From an uncultured Verrucomicrobiota bacterium (GTDB taxonomy: Bacteria; Verrucomicrobiota; Verrucomicrobiia; Limisphaerales; UBA9464), in the NCBI GenBank assembly GCA_903916195.1, contig CAIWVP010000162.1, forward strand, positions 26,159 to 90,158: a DNA stretch of 64,000 nucleotides, read 5' to 3'. Within the stretch, counting starts at the first letter, position 1, and every line of letters begins with the position of its first letter. Shown here piece by piece: positions 20,064 through 29,150 of this stretch. The position numbers and the translations under genes were made by a program. Under the pieces are notes generated by a model. That model made no database searches. It was not told the DNA's origin and worked only from the letters and a program-made list of their open reading frames with translations.

Positions 20064-20180
20064 TTATTGCTTTCCGGTTTTCCAGAGCCGCTCTCCGTCC
20101 GGTGTCTTCCACAGAGCAAGCGCGACCGGGTCCCGGTTGCCGTGTCCGCCCCTCCGGATCGCAGCCAAGAACAGGAGCAT
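20064..20180 (-). CDS. Candidate 38-aa small ORF (MLLFLAAIRRGGHGNRDPVALALWKTPDGERLWKTGKQ)
   Basis: ATG 20180 to TAA 20064-20066. The stop abuts the terminator stem. Third-position GC bias is only moderate, so coding status is uncertain and it could be an sRNA instead. Confidence 0.3.
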   Translation of the reverse strand: MLLFLAAIRRGGHGNRDPVALALWKTPDGERLWKTGKQ

Positions 20181-20223
20181 CGCGGCCTCGTCCTGACGGC
20201 TCTCCACGACGGAATCGTGACGC

Positions 20224-20251
20224 GCCGGGAAATCCGTGCCGGGAAATCCGT
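20224..20251. promoter_or_regulatory. Perfect 14-bp tandem direct repeat GCCGGGAAATCCGT x2, abutting a TTGACG -35-like hexamer
   Basis: Read directly. It lies 69-96 bp upstream of the gltA ATG and 44-71 bp upstream of the minus-strand small ORF. Confidence 0.35.
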
Positions 20252-20319
20252 TGACGCTACCTCGGGGCGGCCAACAAACTCCGACCCGTTTTGCGCGCGA
20301 ATCGAACGAATTCTTCCCG

Positions 20320-21474
20320 ATGACCACCCCGACTCCGGCCCCCGCCGCCACCCCGTCCGCTGTGACCAAAGGCCTCGAAGGCGTCATCGCCGCCCACACA
20401 CGGTTGAGCGACGTCCGCGGCGACATCGGTCAGCTGATTTATTGCGGGTACGACATCGACGAGCTGGCCGGCAAGGTCAGCTATGAGGAGGTGGTGCATC
20501 TCCTCCACCACAACCATCTCCCGAACGCGACCGAGCTCGCCCAGTTCAAGGGCGTTCTGGCCGGATACCGCGAGATTCCCCAGGGCGTCATCGACCTCAT
20601 CACCAAGCTGCCCAAGGATTGTCCGCCGATGCATGCGCTGCGGACCGGCGTGAGCGCGCTCGGCTGCTACGACACCGTGGCGGACGACGACACGATGGAC
20701 GCGCAGCGGCGCAAAGCGCAGCGCCTGATCGCGCAGATCCCCGTGGTGATGGCCTACTTCCATCGTTCCCGCCAAGGGCTTCCGCTGGTGCATCCGGATG
20801 CGACGCTCGGCGAAGCGGCGAACTTCCTGTGGATGGTCGATGGCGAGAAGCCTTCCGCCGAGAAGGAGAGCACGATGGATATGTGCTACGTGCTGCACGC
20901 CGACCACGGCATGAACGCCTCGACGTTCAGCGCGCGCGTCACCATCGCGACGCTCAGCGACATGTATTCCGCCATCACGACCGCCATCGGCACGCTCAAG
21001 GGGCCGTTGCACGGCGGCGCGAACGAGGGCGTGATCAAGATGCTCCAGGAGATCGGCTCCTTGGAACAGGTCGATGCCTTCATCGAGGAATCGCTCGCCC
21101 AGAAGCGCAAGATCATGGGCATCGGCCACCGGGTCTACAAGGTGCTCGACCCGCGCGCGCCGCATCTCAAGCGCATGGCGCAGGTCCTCTCCGCCAAGCT
21201 CGGCGACCCGAAGTGGATCCAGATGTCCGAGCGCATCGCCAGCTTGATGCTCGAGAAGAAGGGCCTCCACGCGAACGTCGATTTCTACAGCGCCACCGTC
21301 TATTTCAGCCTCGGCATCCCCACCGACCTGTTCACGCCGATCTTCGCCATCGCCCGCACCAGCGGCTGGACGGCGCATGTGCTCGAGCAGCTCGCCGACA
21401 ACCGCCTCATCCGCCCGCAGTCGGTCTACACCGGCCCCGTCGGCCTCAAGGTCTTGCCCATCGCCCAGCGCTGA
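20320..21474 (+). CDS. gltA: Citrate synthase (about 384 aa, short type)
   Basis: GLEGVIA...S.V.G..G.L.Y.GY.I.EL N-terminus; HADHG, GPLHGGAN and GHRVYK catalytic motifs. ATG 20320. Confidence 0.9.
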   Translation: MTTPTPAPAATPSAVTKGLEGVIAAHTRLSDVRGDIGQLIYCGYDIDELAGKVSYEEVVHLLHHNHLPNATELAQFKGVLAGYREIPQGVIDLITKLPKDCPPMHALRTGVSALGCYDTVADDDTMDAQRRKAQRLIAQIPVVMAYFHRSRQGLPLVHPDATLGEAANFLWMVDGEKPSAEKESTMDMCYVLHADHGMNASTFSARVTIATLSDMYSAITTAIGTLKGPLHGGANEGVIKMLQEIGSLEQVDAFIEESLAQKRKIMGIGHRVYKVLDPRAPHLKRMAQVLSAKLGDPKWIQMSERIASLMLEKKGLHANVDFYSATVYFSLGIPTDLFTPIFAIARTSGWTAHVLEQLADNRLIRPQSVYTGPVGLKVLPIAQR

Positions 21475-21558
21475 ACCACGCCGAAGAAGTCGGCGGCGAG
21501 GCCGCGGGCCCGCTTGCTGCTTTCTCCGAAACCGACCTCCGGCGCCAATTTTTCTGAA

Positions 21559-22740
21559 ATGAACATCCACGAATTCCAGGCCAAGGCCCTTTTTGAGCGT
21601 TATGGCGTGCCCGTGCCCAAGGGCGCCGCCGCCACCACCCCCGAAGAGTTCATCACCGCGCTCACCCGCTTGCCGGACGGACCGACGATGGTGAAATCCC
21701 AGATCCACGCGGGCGGCCGCGGCAAGGGCACCTTCACCGACGGGTTCAAAGGCGGCGTGAAGTTCTCCCCGACCAAGGCCGAGGCGAAGGACCTCGCGCT
21801 CAAGATGCTCGGCAACACCTTGGTCACGGCGCAGACCGGCCCGGCCGGCCGCAAGGTGCAGACCATCTATTTCACGGCCGCGAGCGACATCAAAAAGGAG
21901 TACTACCTCGCCATCCTGCTCGACCGCGCCACGTCGAGGCCGGTCATCGTCGCCTCGACCGAGGGCGGCGTGGAGATCGAGACCGTCGCGCACGACGCAC
22001 CGGAGAAGATCCACAAGGTCCACGTCGATCCCGCCTACGGATTGGCCGACTTCCAGGTGCGCGAGCTCGTCTTCAAGCTCGGGTTCAACCCGGTCGAGGC
22101 GAAGAACGCCGCCAAGCTCATCCGCAACCTCTGGACGATGTACTGGGAGACGGACGCCGCGATGATCGAGGTCAACCCGCTCATCACCACGCCGACCGAC
22201 GAGGTGCTCGCGCTCGATGCCAAGGTGTCGTTCGACGACAACGCGCTCTACCGCCATCCCACGATCACCGCCCTGCGCGACCTCAACGAAGAGGACCCGA
22301 AGGAGATCGAGGCCTCGAAACATTCGCTGAGCTATATCGCTCTCGACGGGAACATCGCCTGCCTCGTCAACGGCGCCGGTCTCGCGATGAGCACGATGGA
22401 CATCATCAAGCACTACGGCGGCAACCCGGCCAACTTCCTCGACGTCGGGGGTGGCGCTTCCAAGGACCAGGTCGTCGCGGCCTTCAAGATCATCCTCGGC
22501 GACCCGAACGTGAAGGGCATCTTCGTGAACATCTTCGGCGGTATCATGGACTGCAACGTGATCGCCTCCGGCATCGTCGAAGCGGTGAAGGAGGTCGGCC
22601 TGAAGCTGCCCCTCGTCGTCCGCTTGGAAGGCAACAACGTCGCCGCCGGCAAAGCCACGCTCGCCGCCTCCGGCCTCGCGCTCGTCTCCGGCGACACCAT
22701 GGCCGACGCCGCGCAGAAGATCGTCAAGCTGGTGGTCTGA
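21559..22740 (+). CDS. sucC: Succinyl-CoA synthetase beta subunit
   Basis: MNIHEFQAKALFERYGVPVP... ATP-grasp N-terminus and full-length colinearity. ATG 21559. Confidence 0.9.
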   Translation: MNIHEFQAKALFERYGVPVPKGAAATTPEEFITALTRLPDGPTMVKSQIHAGGRGKGTFTDGFKGGVKFSPTKAEAKDLALKMLGNTLVTAQTGPAGRKVQTIYFTAASDIKKEYYLAILLDRATSRPVIVASTEGGVEIETVAHDAPEKIHKVHVDPAYGLADFQVRELVFKLGFNPVEAKNAAKLIRNLWTMYWETDAAMIEVNPLITTPTDEVLALDAKVSFDDNALYRHPTITALRDLNEEDPKEIEASKHSLSYIALDGNIACLVNGAGLAMSTMDIIKHYGGNPANFLDVGGGASKDQVVAAFKIILGDPNVKGIFVNIFGGIMDCNVIASGIVEAVKEVGLKLPLVVRLEGNNVAAGKATLAASGLALVSGDTMADAAQKIVKLVV

Positions 22741-22753
22741 AACGGTCCTCGCC

Positions 22754-22894
22754 ATGAGCATCCAAGCCAAAGCGATCGCCTTCTCCTGCTACGCCGTCAC
22801 CGAAATGGCCCGTTCGCGCGCCTTCCAAGAAGGCGTGCTCGATCCCGACAAGAACGTCGTGTGCATCCACAAGCGGCACGCCGGGCACAACTGA
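22754..22894 (+). CDS. Unannotated 46-aa ORF between sucC and sucD (MSIQAKAIAFSCYAVTEMARSRAFQEGVLDPDKNVVCIHKRHAGHN)
   Basis: Below the track's size cutoff. It starts 13 nt after the sucC stop and ends 23 nt before the sucD ATG. Third codon positions are strongly G/C, like neighbouring genes. Confidence 0.45.
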   Translation: MSIQAKAIAFSCYAVTEMARSRAFQEGVLDPDKNVVCIHKRHAGHN

Positions 22895-22917
22895 TCACCG
22901 GTCCCTGATTTTTTCCC

Positions 22918-23841
22918 ATGTCCATCCTCGTCACTCCCCAGACCAAGATCCTCGTCCAAGGCATCACCGGCGATTTCGGCGGACGCCACGCGAAGCTCTC
23001 GCTCGACTACGGCACGCGGGTCGTCGCCGGCGTCACGCCCGGCAAAGGCGGCCAGTTCTTCGAGCACGCCGGCCACAAGGTGCCGATCTTCAACTCGGTG
23101 GCCGACGCCGCCCGGGAGACCGGCGCGACGGTGTCCGCCATCTTCGTGCCGCCGCCGTTCGCGGGCGACGCGATCCTCGAAGGCGTCGCCGCCGGCCTCG
23201 AGCTCGCGGTCGCCATCACCGAGGGCATCCCGGTGAAGGACATGATCCGCGTGAAGCGAGCCATGCAGGGCAGCCGTACCCGATTGGTCGGACCGAACTG
23301 CCCCGGTGTCGTCACGCCCGGCACGGGTGAAGGCTCGAAGGGCGGCTGCCGCATCGGCATCGCGCCCGGCTACATCCACAAGAAAGGCCGTGTCGGGGTC
23401 GTCTCCCGCTCGGGCACATTGACCTACGAGGCGGTGTTCCAGCTGACGTCGAAGGACATCGGGCAGAGCACGTGCGTCGGCATCGGCGGCGATCCGGTGA
23501 ACGGCACGTCGCACCTCGACGTCATCAAGCTCTTCAACGACGATCCCGAGACCGTCGGCATCATCATGATCGGCGAGATCGGCGGCAGTGCCGAGGTCGA
23601 AGCGGCCCGTTGGATCAAGGAACATTGCAAGAAGCCGGTCGCCGGCTTCATCGCCGGTTCCACCGCGCCCGCAGGACGCCGCATGGGCCACGCCGGTGCG
23701 GTCATCGGTGGCGCCGAGGACACCGCGGCGGCGAAGATCGCGGTCTTCCAGGAATGCGGCATCGAGGTCGCCGTGACGCCGAGCGACATGGCCGACGCCC
23801 TCATCCGGGCCGCGGCCCAGGCCGGGGTGAAGCTCTCTTGA
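22918..23841 (+). CDS. sucD: Succinyl-CoA synthetase alpha subunit
   Basis: ILVQGITG..G CoA-binding motif and the phosphohistidine loop MGHAGA. Confidence 0.9.
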   Translation: MSILVTPQTKILVQGITGDFGGRHAKLSLDYGTRVVAGVTPGKGGQFFEHAGHKVPIFNSVADAARETGATVSAIFVPPPFAGDAILEGVAAGLELAVAITEGIPVKDMIRVKRAMQGSRTRLVGPNCPGVVTPGTGEGSKGGCRIGIAPGYIHKKGRVGVVSRSGTLTYEAVFQLTSKDIGQSTCVGIGGDPVNGTSHLDVIKLFNDDPETVGIIMIGEIGGSAEVEAARWIKEHCKKPVAGFIAGSTAPAGRRMGHAGAVIGGAEDTAAAKIAVFQECGIEVAVTPSDMADALIRAAAQAGVKLS

Positions 23842-23860
23842 TCCCGACAGCTCCACGAGA

Positions 23861-23889
23861 AGGCCGGGCGATCCGCCCGGCCTTTTTTT
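23861..23889 (+). terminator. Rho-independent terminator after sucD
   Basis: AGGCCGGGCG-ATC-CGCCCGGCCT perfect 10-bp stem followed by T7. Confidence 0.85.
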
Positions 23890-23966
23890 CGTCCGGACCA
23901 GATTTGTTTGAAGGCCGCCGGCCGTCCGGATGTCAGGTGGGGCGATTTCCCGTTCCTCGCTGAACC

Positions 23967-24809
23967 ATGGCGCACATCGACCAGCTTCTGAACCTCATCG
24001 GGGTGGTTTTGTGGCTATCATGGCGCGGTGTCGGCGACACGTCGCCGGCGACGCTCGGGGCAGGCACGCTGGTCTCGACCCTCAAGCCCGCCCGCCGCGA
24101 ACCGACGCACAGCTGGATGTATCTGGCCGCGCTGGTCGGGCTCTTGACGGTCCGTCCGATGCTGTATGCGCCGTTGGCCCGGACGCTGGATTGGACGCCG
24201 ATGCTCCCGCTCGGCCCGGTGAACCTCGCCTTCCGCGCCGACGAACCGCTGCGGCTCCTGACCTTCTCCTTGCTCAGCTTCGGCTGGACGTTGCTGGTCT
24301 TCCAAGCGGCGGTATCGGCGCTCAGCCAGCTCGCGCGCGGTCCGGGCGAACCGACCGGCGTCGTCCGATGGTTGCGCGAGCTCGCGGGAAGGCCCGGCGC
24401 ATGGCCGGTCGTGGTGAGCCTGCTCGCCCCGGTCCTCCTGGTCGCGGCCGCATGGGCGGCGCTCGCGTTCCCGCTGGCCAAGCTCGGCGTGCTGCCCGTG
24501 CCGCCGACCGGCGCGAACCTGGCGGGCCAGGCGTTCGCCGTCGGATCCGGCGTCTGGCTGCCGGCCCGCTGGGTCCTCGCCGGATTGCTCCTGCTGCGGA
24601 TGGTCCATGACCACGTCTATCTCGGCGACCATCCGATGTGGGCCTACGTCCGGATCGCCGGAGGACGGCTGGCGCGTCCGCTGGCGTGGCTCCCTCTCCG
24701 TCTGATGAAATTCGACCTCACGCCGCTGGTCGCCGCCATCGCCGTCCTCGTGCTGGCCGAGGCCGCCGAGGTCGGTCTCACGCGGGCCTACCTGATGCTT
24801 TCCCGATGA
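23967..24809 (+). CDS. Multi-pass membrane protein with YggT-like C-terminal region
   Basis: 280 aa, hydrophobic. The C-terminal ...MKFDLTPLVAAIAVLVL resembles the YGGT motif. ATGA-coupled to a DUF167/YggU gene, which is the classic pairing. Confidence 0.5.
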   Translation: MAHIDQLLNLIGVVLWLSWRGVGDTSPATLGAGTLVSTLKPARREPTHSWMYLAALVGLLTVRPMLYAPLARTLDWTPMLPLGPVNLAFRADEPLRLLTFSLLSFGWTLLVFQAAVSALSQLARGPGEPTGVVRWLRELAGRPGAWPVVVSLLAPVLLVAAAWAALAFPLAKLGVLPVPPTGANLAGQAFAVGSGVWLPARWVLAGLLLLRMVHDHVYLGDHPMWAYVRIAGGRLARPLAWLPLRLMKFDLTPLVAAIAVLVLAEAAEVGLTRAYLMLSR

Positions 24810-25102
24810 CGGTCCCGCCCTATCTCAGCGAAAGGGACGGCGCGCTTTGGTTGAATGTGAAGGCCCGGCCGCGGGCGAAGAGCCAAGAGCTCGGCGGCAT
24901 CGTCGGGAACGAGCTGAAGGTGAAGGTCACCGCGCCGCCGGTGGATTCCGCCGCGAACGAGGCGTTGGCCGGGTTCCTTGCCGGGAAACTGGGCTGTCCG
25001 CGCCGCGGCGTCACGTTGGTCCGCGGGCAGACCTCGTCGCACAAGGTCTTCCGCATCGACGGCGTGCTCCTGCCGGATGCGATCGCGCGGTTGGCGTCTT
25101 GA
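24806..25102 (+). CDS. DUF167 (YggU) family protein
   Basis: 98 aa. LNVKARPRAK...LKVKVTAPPVDSAANEAL..FLA...V.LVRGQTSSHKV is the DUF167 signature. Confidence 0.8.
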   Translation: MTVPPYLSERDGALWLNVKARPRAKSQELGGIVGNELKVKVTAPPVDSAANEALAGFLAGKLGCPRRGVTLVRGQTSSHKVFRIDGVLLPDAIARLAS

Positions 25103-25208
25103 GCATGCCGCGACGGGGCTCCGCCACCGGCTCGCGGCCGTCCCGGTGAGCGCCGGATTTCCAGCGCATCCGAGAGACTCGGCCGCGGGATCCATCTAGC
25201 CTCGCGAC

Positions 25209-26369
25209 GTGTTGCCGGACATCCGTTCCCAGACCCGCGAGTCTCTCGCGGACAAATTCGCCGCGTGGGGCCAGCCCGCGTACCGCCTCGAGCAGCTGCT
25301 CGGCTGGCTCTATCCTCGGCGTGCCGCGTCGTGGGACGAGATGAAGAACCTGCCCAAGGCGCTACGAGACCGGCTCGCGGAAGCCTATCCGATCACGCTG
25401 CCGCAGCTCGTCGTCAAACAAGGCGCTCGCGACGCCACCCAGAAGTTCCTTTGGAGGCTCGCCGACGGCGCGCTCATCGAGAGCGTGCTGATCCCGGCGA
25501 ACCCCGCGCTCTATGGCGAGGCGAGCGACCGGCACACCCTCTGCATCTCCACCCAGGTCGGCTGCGCCTACGGATGCCGCTTCTGCGCCAGCGGACTCGA
25601 CGGTTGGAAGCGCAACCTACTGCCGCACGAGATCAGCGGCCAGGTGCTCGCTGTCGAACGCTGGAACGACCTGGCCGCCGGACATGGGACCGAGGACGCG
25701 GGATCCGCTTCCGGCGGCCCTGCCGTTCCCCGCTCCCCGCTCCCCGCTCCCCGCTCTGCCGAGCGGTTGGTCAACAACATCGTGGTCATGGGCATGGGCG
25801 AGCCGATGGCGAACTACGACAACCTGATGTCCGCCCTACGCACGCTCAACGCCTCGTGGGGCGGCGGTATCGGCGCCCGCAAGATCACCATCTCCACCAG
25901 CGGCGTCGTGCCGCGCATCCGCGACCTCGGCGACGATCCGTTGCAGTTCCGGCTCGCGATCTCGCTCCACGGCGCGACCGACGAGGTCCGCGAGAAGATC
26001 ATGCCCATCAACCGCAAATACCCGCTCAAGGAGCTCACGGCGGCCTGTGAGCATTACGTCGAGCGCAAGGGCAAGATGATCACCCTCGAGTACATCCTCA
26101 TCGCCGGCGTCAACGACGCGAAGGACCAGACCGGCCCGCTCGCGGCGTTGGCGCGACGGCTCCACGCCAAGGTGAACCTCATCCCTTACAACACGGTCGA
26201 GGGATTGCCCTGGGCACGGCCGACGGAAGACGTCTGCGAAGCCTTCGCCGCGTCGGTCCAAAAAGAAGGCGTCACCGCCACGCTCCGGCGCGAGAAAGGC
26301 CACGATATCGATGCCGCCTGCGGCCAGCTGCGGCTGAAGACGGAACGAAGCGAGGGGCAGGCCATCTAG
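25209..26369 (+). CDS. rlmN: Dual-specificity 23S rRNA/tRNA A-C2 methyltransferase RlmN (radical SAM)
   Basis: GTG start. CAYGCRFCASG radical-SAM cluster motif, MGMGEP, and the C-terminal ...DIDAACGQL. Confidence 0.9.
   Translation: MLPDIRSQTRESLADKFAAWGQPAYRLEQLLGWLYPRRAASWDEMKNLPKALRDRLAEAYPITLPQLVVKQGARDATQKFLWRLADGALIESVLIPANPALYGEASDRHTLCISTQVGCAYGCRFCASGLDGWKRNLLPHEISGQVLAVERWNDLAAGHGTEDAGSASGGPAVPRSPLPAPRSAERLVNNIVVMGMGEPMANYDNLMSALRTLNASWGGGIGARKITISTSGVVPRIRDLGDDPLQFRLAISLHGATDEVREKIMPINRKYPLKELTAACEHYVERKGKMITLEYILIAGVNDAKDQTGPLAALARRLHAKVNLIPYNTVEGLPWARPTEDVCEAFAASVQKEGVTATLRREKGHDIDAACGQLRLKTERSEGQAI
25728..25755 (+). repeat. Tandem heptamer CCCCGCT x4 inside the rlmN coding sequence
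   Basis: Four perfect head-to-tail units read directly. They encode part of ...PAVPRSPLPAPRSAERL.... Confidence 0.9.
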
Positions 26370-26435
26370 GCGCGACGTCCGGCCCCGGGGCGGCGCACGC
26401 CACCGTGCGGCCCCGCCGCGCCCTGGGTGGGCCCG

Positions 26436-26465
26436 TTGACACTTCTCCGTCGGCTCCCCTACCTT
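26436..26465 (+). promoter_or_regulatory. Candidate sigma70-type promoter TTGACA-N18-TACCTT
   Basis: Perfect -35 hexamer. The -10 keeps T1, A2 and T6. It lies about 55 nt upstream of ATG 26519, which is preceded by AAAGGGA. Confidence 0.35.
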
Positions 26466-26518
26466 GCCACCGCAGATCAACCAACGCGGCCCGGGGGCCG
26501 CCCAGAAAGGGAAACGCT

Positions 26519-26713
26519 ATGGCCGATGGCTATTGTGTGAAGTGCAAAGCGAAGCAGCCGATCTCCGATGCGGTCGAGGAGACGATGAAGAACGGGCGCA
26601 AAGCTGTGAAAGGCAAATGCCCCGTCTGCGGCGCGGTCATGTTCAAGATCCTCGGCGGCAAGACCCCGGCGCCCCCGGCGGCCCCGGGTCCGGAAGCTCC
26701 GGCGTCCGCTTGA
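26519..26713 (+). CDS. Small zinc-ribbon protein (DUF5679-like)
   Basis: 64 aa. MADGYCVKCKAKQPI...KGKCPVCGAVMFKIL has two CxxC pairs. Confidence 0.75.
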   Translation: MADGYCVKCKAKQPISDAVEETMKNGRKAVKGKCPVCGAVMFKILGGKTPAPPAAPGPEAPASA

Positions 26714-26896
26714 GGTTCCCCGGCCCCGCCCGCTCCGGGCGCGCCATCCGCACGGGGCTCCGCCCTGGAAGCCATGACCCATCCCGACGGATGTTTTTCG
26801 TTTACGCTCCGGCGACCCAGCGGGTAGTCAATCCCGAGGCGGACGCGTCTCCCAGCCCGCGCCGGCACCGCTTTCCCTGCTCCTGCACCGATCCCC

Positions 26897-29047
26897 ATGA
26901 CCACGACACCGCTGACCTCCGCTGAACTCGCCCGATTGACCGCCGGACTGAACCGGCTCGCCAGGAACATCTGGTGGAGCTGGGACCAAGAGGCGCAGGA
27001 GATCTTCCACGAGCTCTCGCCCCGCGGCTGGCAGAATCTTTACCACAACGCGGTCGCCATCCTGCACGAGGTCTCCGATTACGAGCTCTGCGTGCGCCTC
27101 CAAGAACCGGGGCTCGCCGACCGAGTGCGCAAGGTGCTCGCGAACTTCGACGCGTATCTGGACGAGAAGGAGACCTGGGCCGCCCAGAACGCTCCCGCGC
27201 TCGCCACCCACCCGGTCGCGTACTTCTCCGCCGAGTTCGCCTTCCACGAGACGCTCCCCATCGCTGCCGGCGGCCTCGGGGCGCTCGCCGGCGACCACGC
27301 CAAATCCGCCAGCGACCTCGGCCTCGGCTTCGTCGGCATCAGCCTTTTCTATCGCGAGGGCTACTTCCAACAGTCGTTCAACCACGACAACTGGCAGCAG
27401 GAATCGTACACCCTGCTCCATCCGCGGAACCTTCCCCTCGAGCCCGTGCTCGATGCCAAGGGCGAGCCTCTGGTCGGCAGCGTCCGGATCGTCGGCGCCA
27501 CCATCCGCTTCCACGCCTGGCGCGTGAACGTCGGACGCGTGCCGGTCTACCTGCTGGACACGAACCGCCCGGAGAACGAGCCGCACTACCGCGACCTCAC
27601 GAACCGCGTCTACGGCGGCGATTCGACGACGCGCATCATGCAGGAGATCCTGCTGGGCGTCGGCGGCGTGCGGCTGCTCCGCGCGCTCGGCGTCGCTCCT
27701 TCGACCTTCCACATGAACGAAGGCCACGCCGCCTTCCTCACCCTCGAGCTCATCCGCGAGAAGATGGCCGCCGGGAAGTCCTTCGAGGAGGCCGGCGCGC
27801 TGACCAAGGCTGGATGCCTCTTCACGACGCACACCCCGGTCGAGGCCGGGCACGACCGCTTCAGCGCCGATCTCATGGGCCACGCCGGGCAGAAGTTCGC
27901 CCAGCATCTCCAGCTCACGCCCGAGCAGCTCATGGAGCTCGGCAACGAGCATCCGGGCAAGACGGGCTCGCCCTTCTGCATGACCGCGCTCGCGCTCCGC
28001 TACTCCCGCGCCGCCAACGGCGTCAGCGAGCTGCACGGCCAGGTCAGCCGCGAGATGTGGATGGGCTACTTCGGCAAGAAGACGCCCGACGAGGTCCCCA
28101 TCGGCCACGTCACCAACGGCGTCCACCTGGTCGGCTGGATGAAGGGCCCGGCCCGCCGCCTGTGGCGCAGCAAGTTCGCCGGTCTCGGCCGGCCGGCCTC
28201 GGCCTTCGTCTACGAGGCGAACTCGCCCGAGTTCTGGCAGAACGTGAAGGATCCGGCGTTCATCTCCGACGAAGAGATCTGGGCGCTGCGCTACAAGCTC
28301 CGCCGCGAGCTGATCGAGTTCGCCCGCCGCCGCCTTCTCCTCCAAGGCAAGACCTTCAGCCAGGGCGATTTCATCACCTTCGACAGTTTCCTCGACCCCG
28401 ACGCGCTCACCATCGGGTTCGCCCGCCGGTTCGCGACCTACAAGCGCGCGCCGCTGATCTTCGACCAGTTCGAGAACGTGGTGAAGCTGGTCAAGGACAG
28501 CGCCCGCCCGGTGCAGTTCATCTTCGCCGGCAAGGCCCATCCACGCGACGACCACGGGAAGGCGTTCATCCAGAAAGTGATCCACCTGAGCCGGTTCTCG
28601 GAACTCAAGGGACATCTCGTCTTCATCGAGAACTACGACATCCACGTGGCGCGCCAGATGGTCTCCGGCTGCGATATCTGGCTGAACAACCCGCGGCGCC
28701 CGCTCGAAGCTTCGGGCACCAGCGGCATGAAGACCACGCCGCACGGCTGCATGAACCTCTCGATCATGGACGGGTGGTGGCGCGAGGGCTTCGACGGCCA
28801 GAACGGCTTCTCGATCGGGCCCGATTCCCATCCGGCCGATGTCGACGAGCAGGACCGCGTGGACAGCGAGAACCTCTACAAGGCGCTCACCGAGGAGGTC
28901 ATCCCGGGCTTCTTCAACCGCGACGCCAACGGCGTCCCCCGCCAATGGATCGCCAAGATACGGCATTCGATGGCCACGCTCGCCGCGCAATACAGCACCT
29001 GGCGCATGGTCCAAGAATACACACAGAAGTACTACCTCACCCGGTGA
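26897..29047 (+). CDS. glgP: Alpha-glucan phosphorylase (GT35, short 'alpha-glucan family' type)
   Basis: 716 aa. N-terminal NIWWSWD... and ...AGGLG.LAGDH.KSASDLG motifs, plus the PLP-Lys region EASGTSGMK. Confidence 0.9.
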   Translation: MTTTPLTSAELARLTAGLNRLARNIWWSWDQEAQEIFHELSPRGWQNLYHNAVAILHEVSDYELCVRLQEPGLADRVRKVLANFDAYLDEKETWAAQNAPALATHPVAYFSAEFAFHETLPIAAGGLGALAGDHAKSASDLGLGFVGISLFYREGYFQQSFNHDNWQQESYTLLHPRNLPLEPVLDAKGEPLVGSVRIVGATIRFHAWRVNVGRVPVYLLDTNRPENEPHYRDLTNRVYGGDSTTRIMQEILLGVGGVRLLRALGVAPSTFHMNEGHAAFLTLELIREKMAAGKSFEEAGALTKAGCLFTTHTPVEAGHDRFSADLMGHAGQKFAQHLQLTPEQLMELGNEHPGKTGSPFCMTALALRYSRAANGVSELHGQVSREMWMGYFGKKTPDEVPIGHVTNGVHLVGWMKGPARRLWRSKFAGLGRPASAFVYEANSPEFWQNVKDPAFISDEEIWALRYKLRRELIEFARRRLLLQGKTFSQGDFITFDSFLDPDALTIGFARRFATYKRAPLIFDQFENVVKLVKDSARPVQFIFAGKAHPRDDHGKAFIQKVIHLSRFSELKGHLVFIENYDIHVARQMVSGCDIWLNNPRRPLEASGTSGMKTTPHGCMNLSIMDGWWREGFDGQNGFSIGPDSHPADVDEQDRVDSENLYKALTEEVIPGFFNRDANGVPRQWIAKIRHSMATLAAQYSTWRMVQEYTQKYYLTR

Positions 29048-29082
29048 CCCTTCCCTCGCCCGGCGCCCGGCGCTGACCGCAG

Positions 29083-29110
29083 GCGCCCTTCACCGGGCGC
29101 TTTTTCTTTG
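29083..29110 (+). terminator. Terminator-like hairpin after glgP (GCGCCC-TTCACC-GGGCGC + TTTTTCTTTG)
   Basis: 6-bp GC stem followed by a T-rich tail, 36 nt after the stop. Confidence 0.55.
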
Positions 29111-29150
29111 CTGGCAGGGCCGGCCCATGCGGCCGGATCCACAGGACTCG

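Noticed and set aside
20257-22770. 837-aa minus-strand ORF
   Set aside because: It is antisense to the unambiguous gltA and sucC genes.
26828-29076. 728-aa minus-strand ORF and 700-aa off-frame plus-strand ORF over glgP
   Set aside because: Only frame 26897..29047 carries the alpha-glucan phosphorylase motifs. The others are Arg/Pro/Gly-rich shadows.
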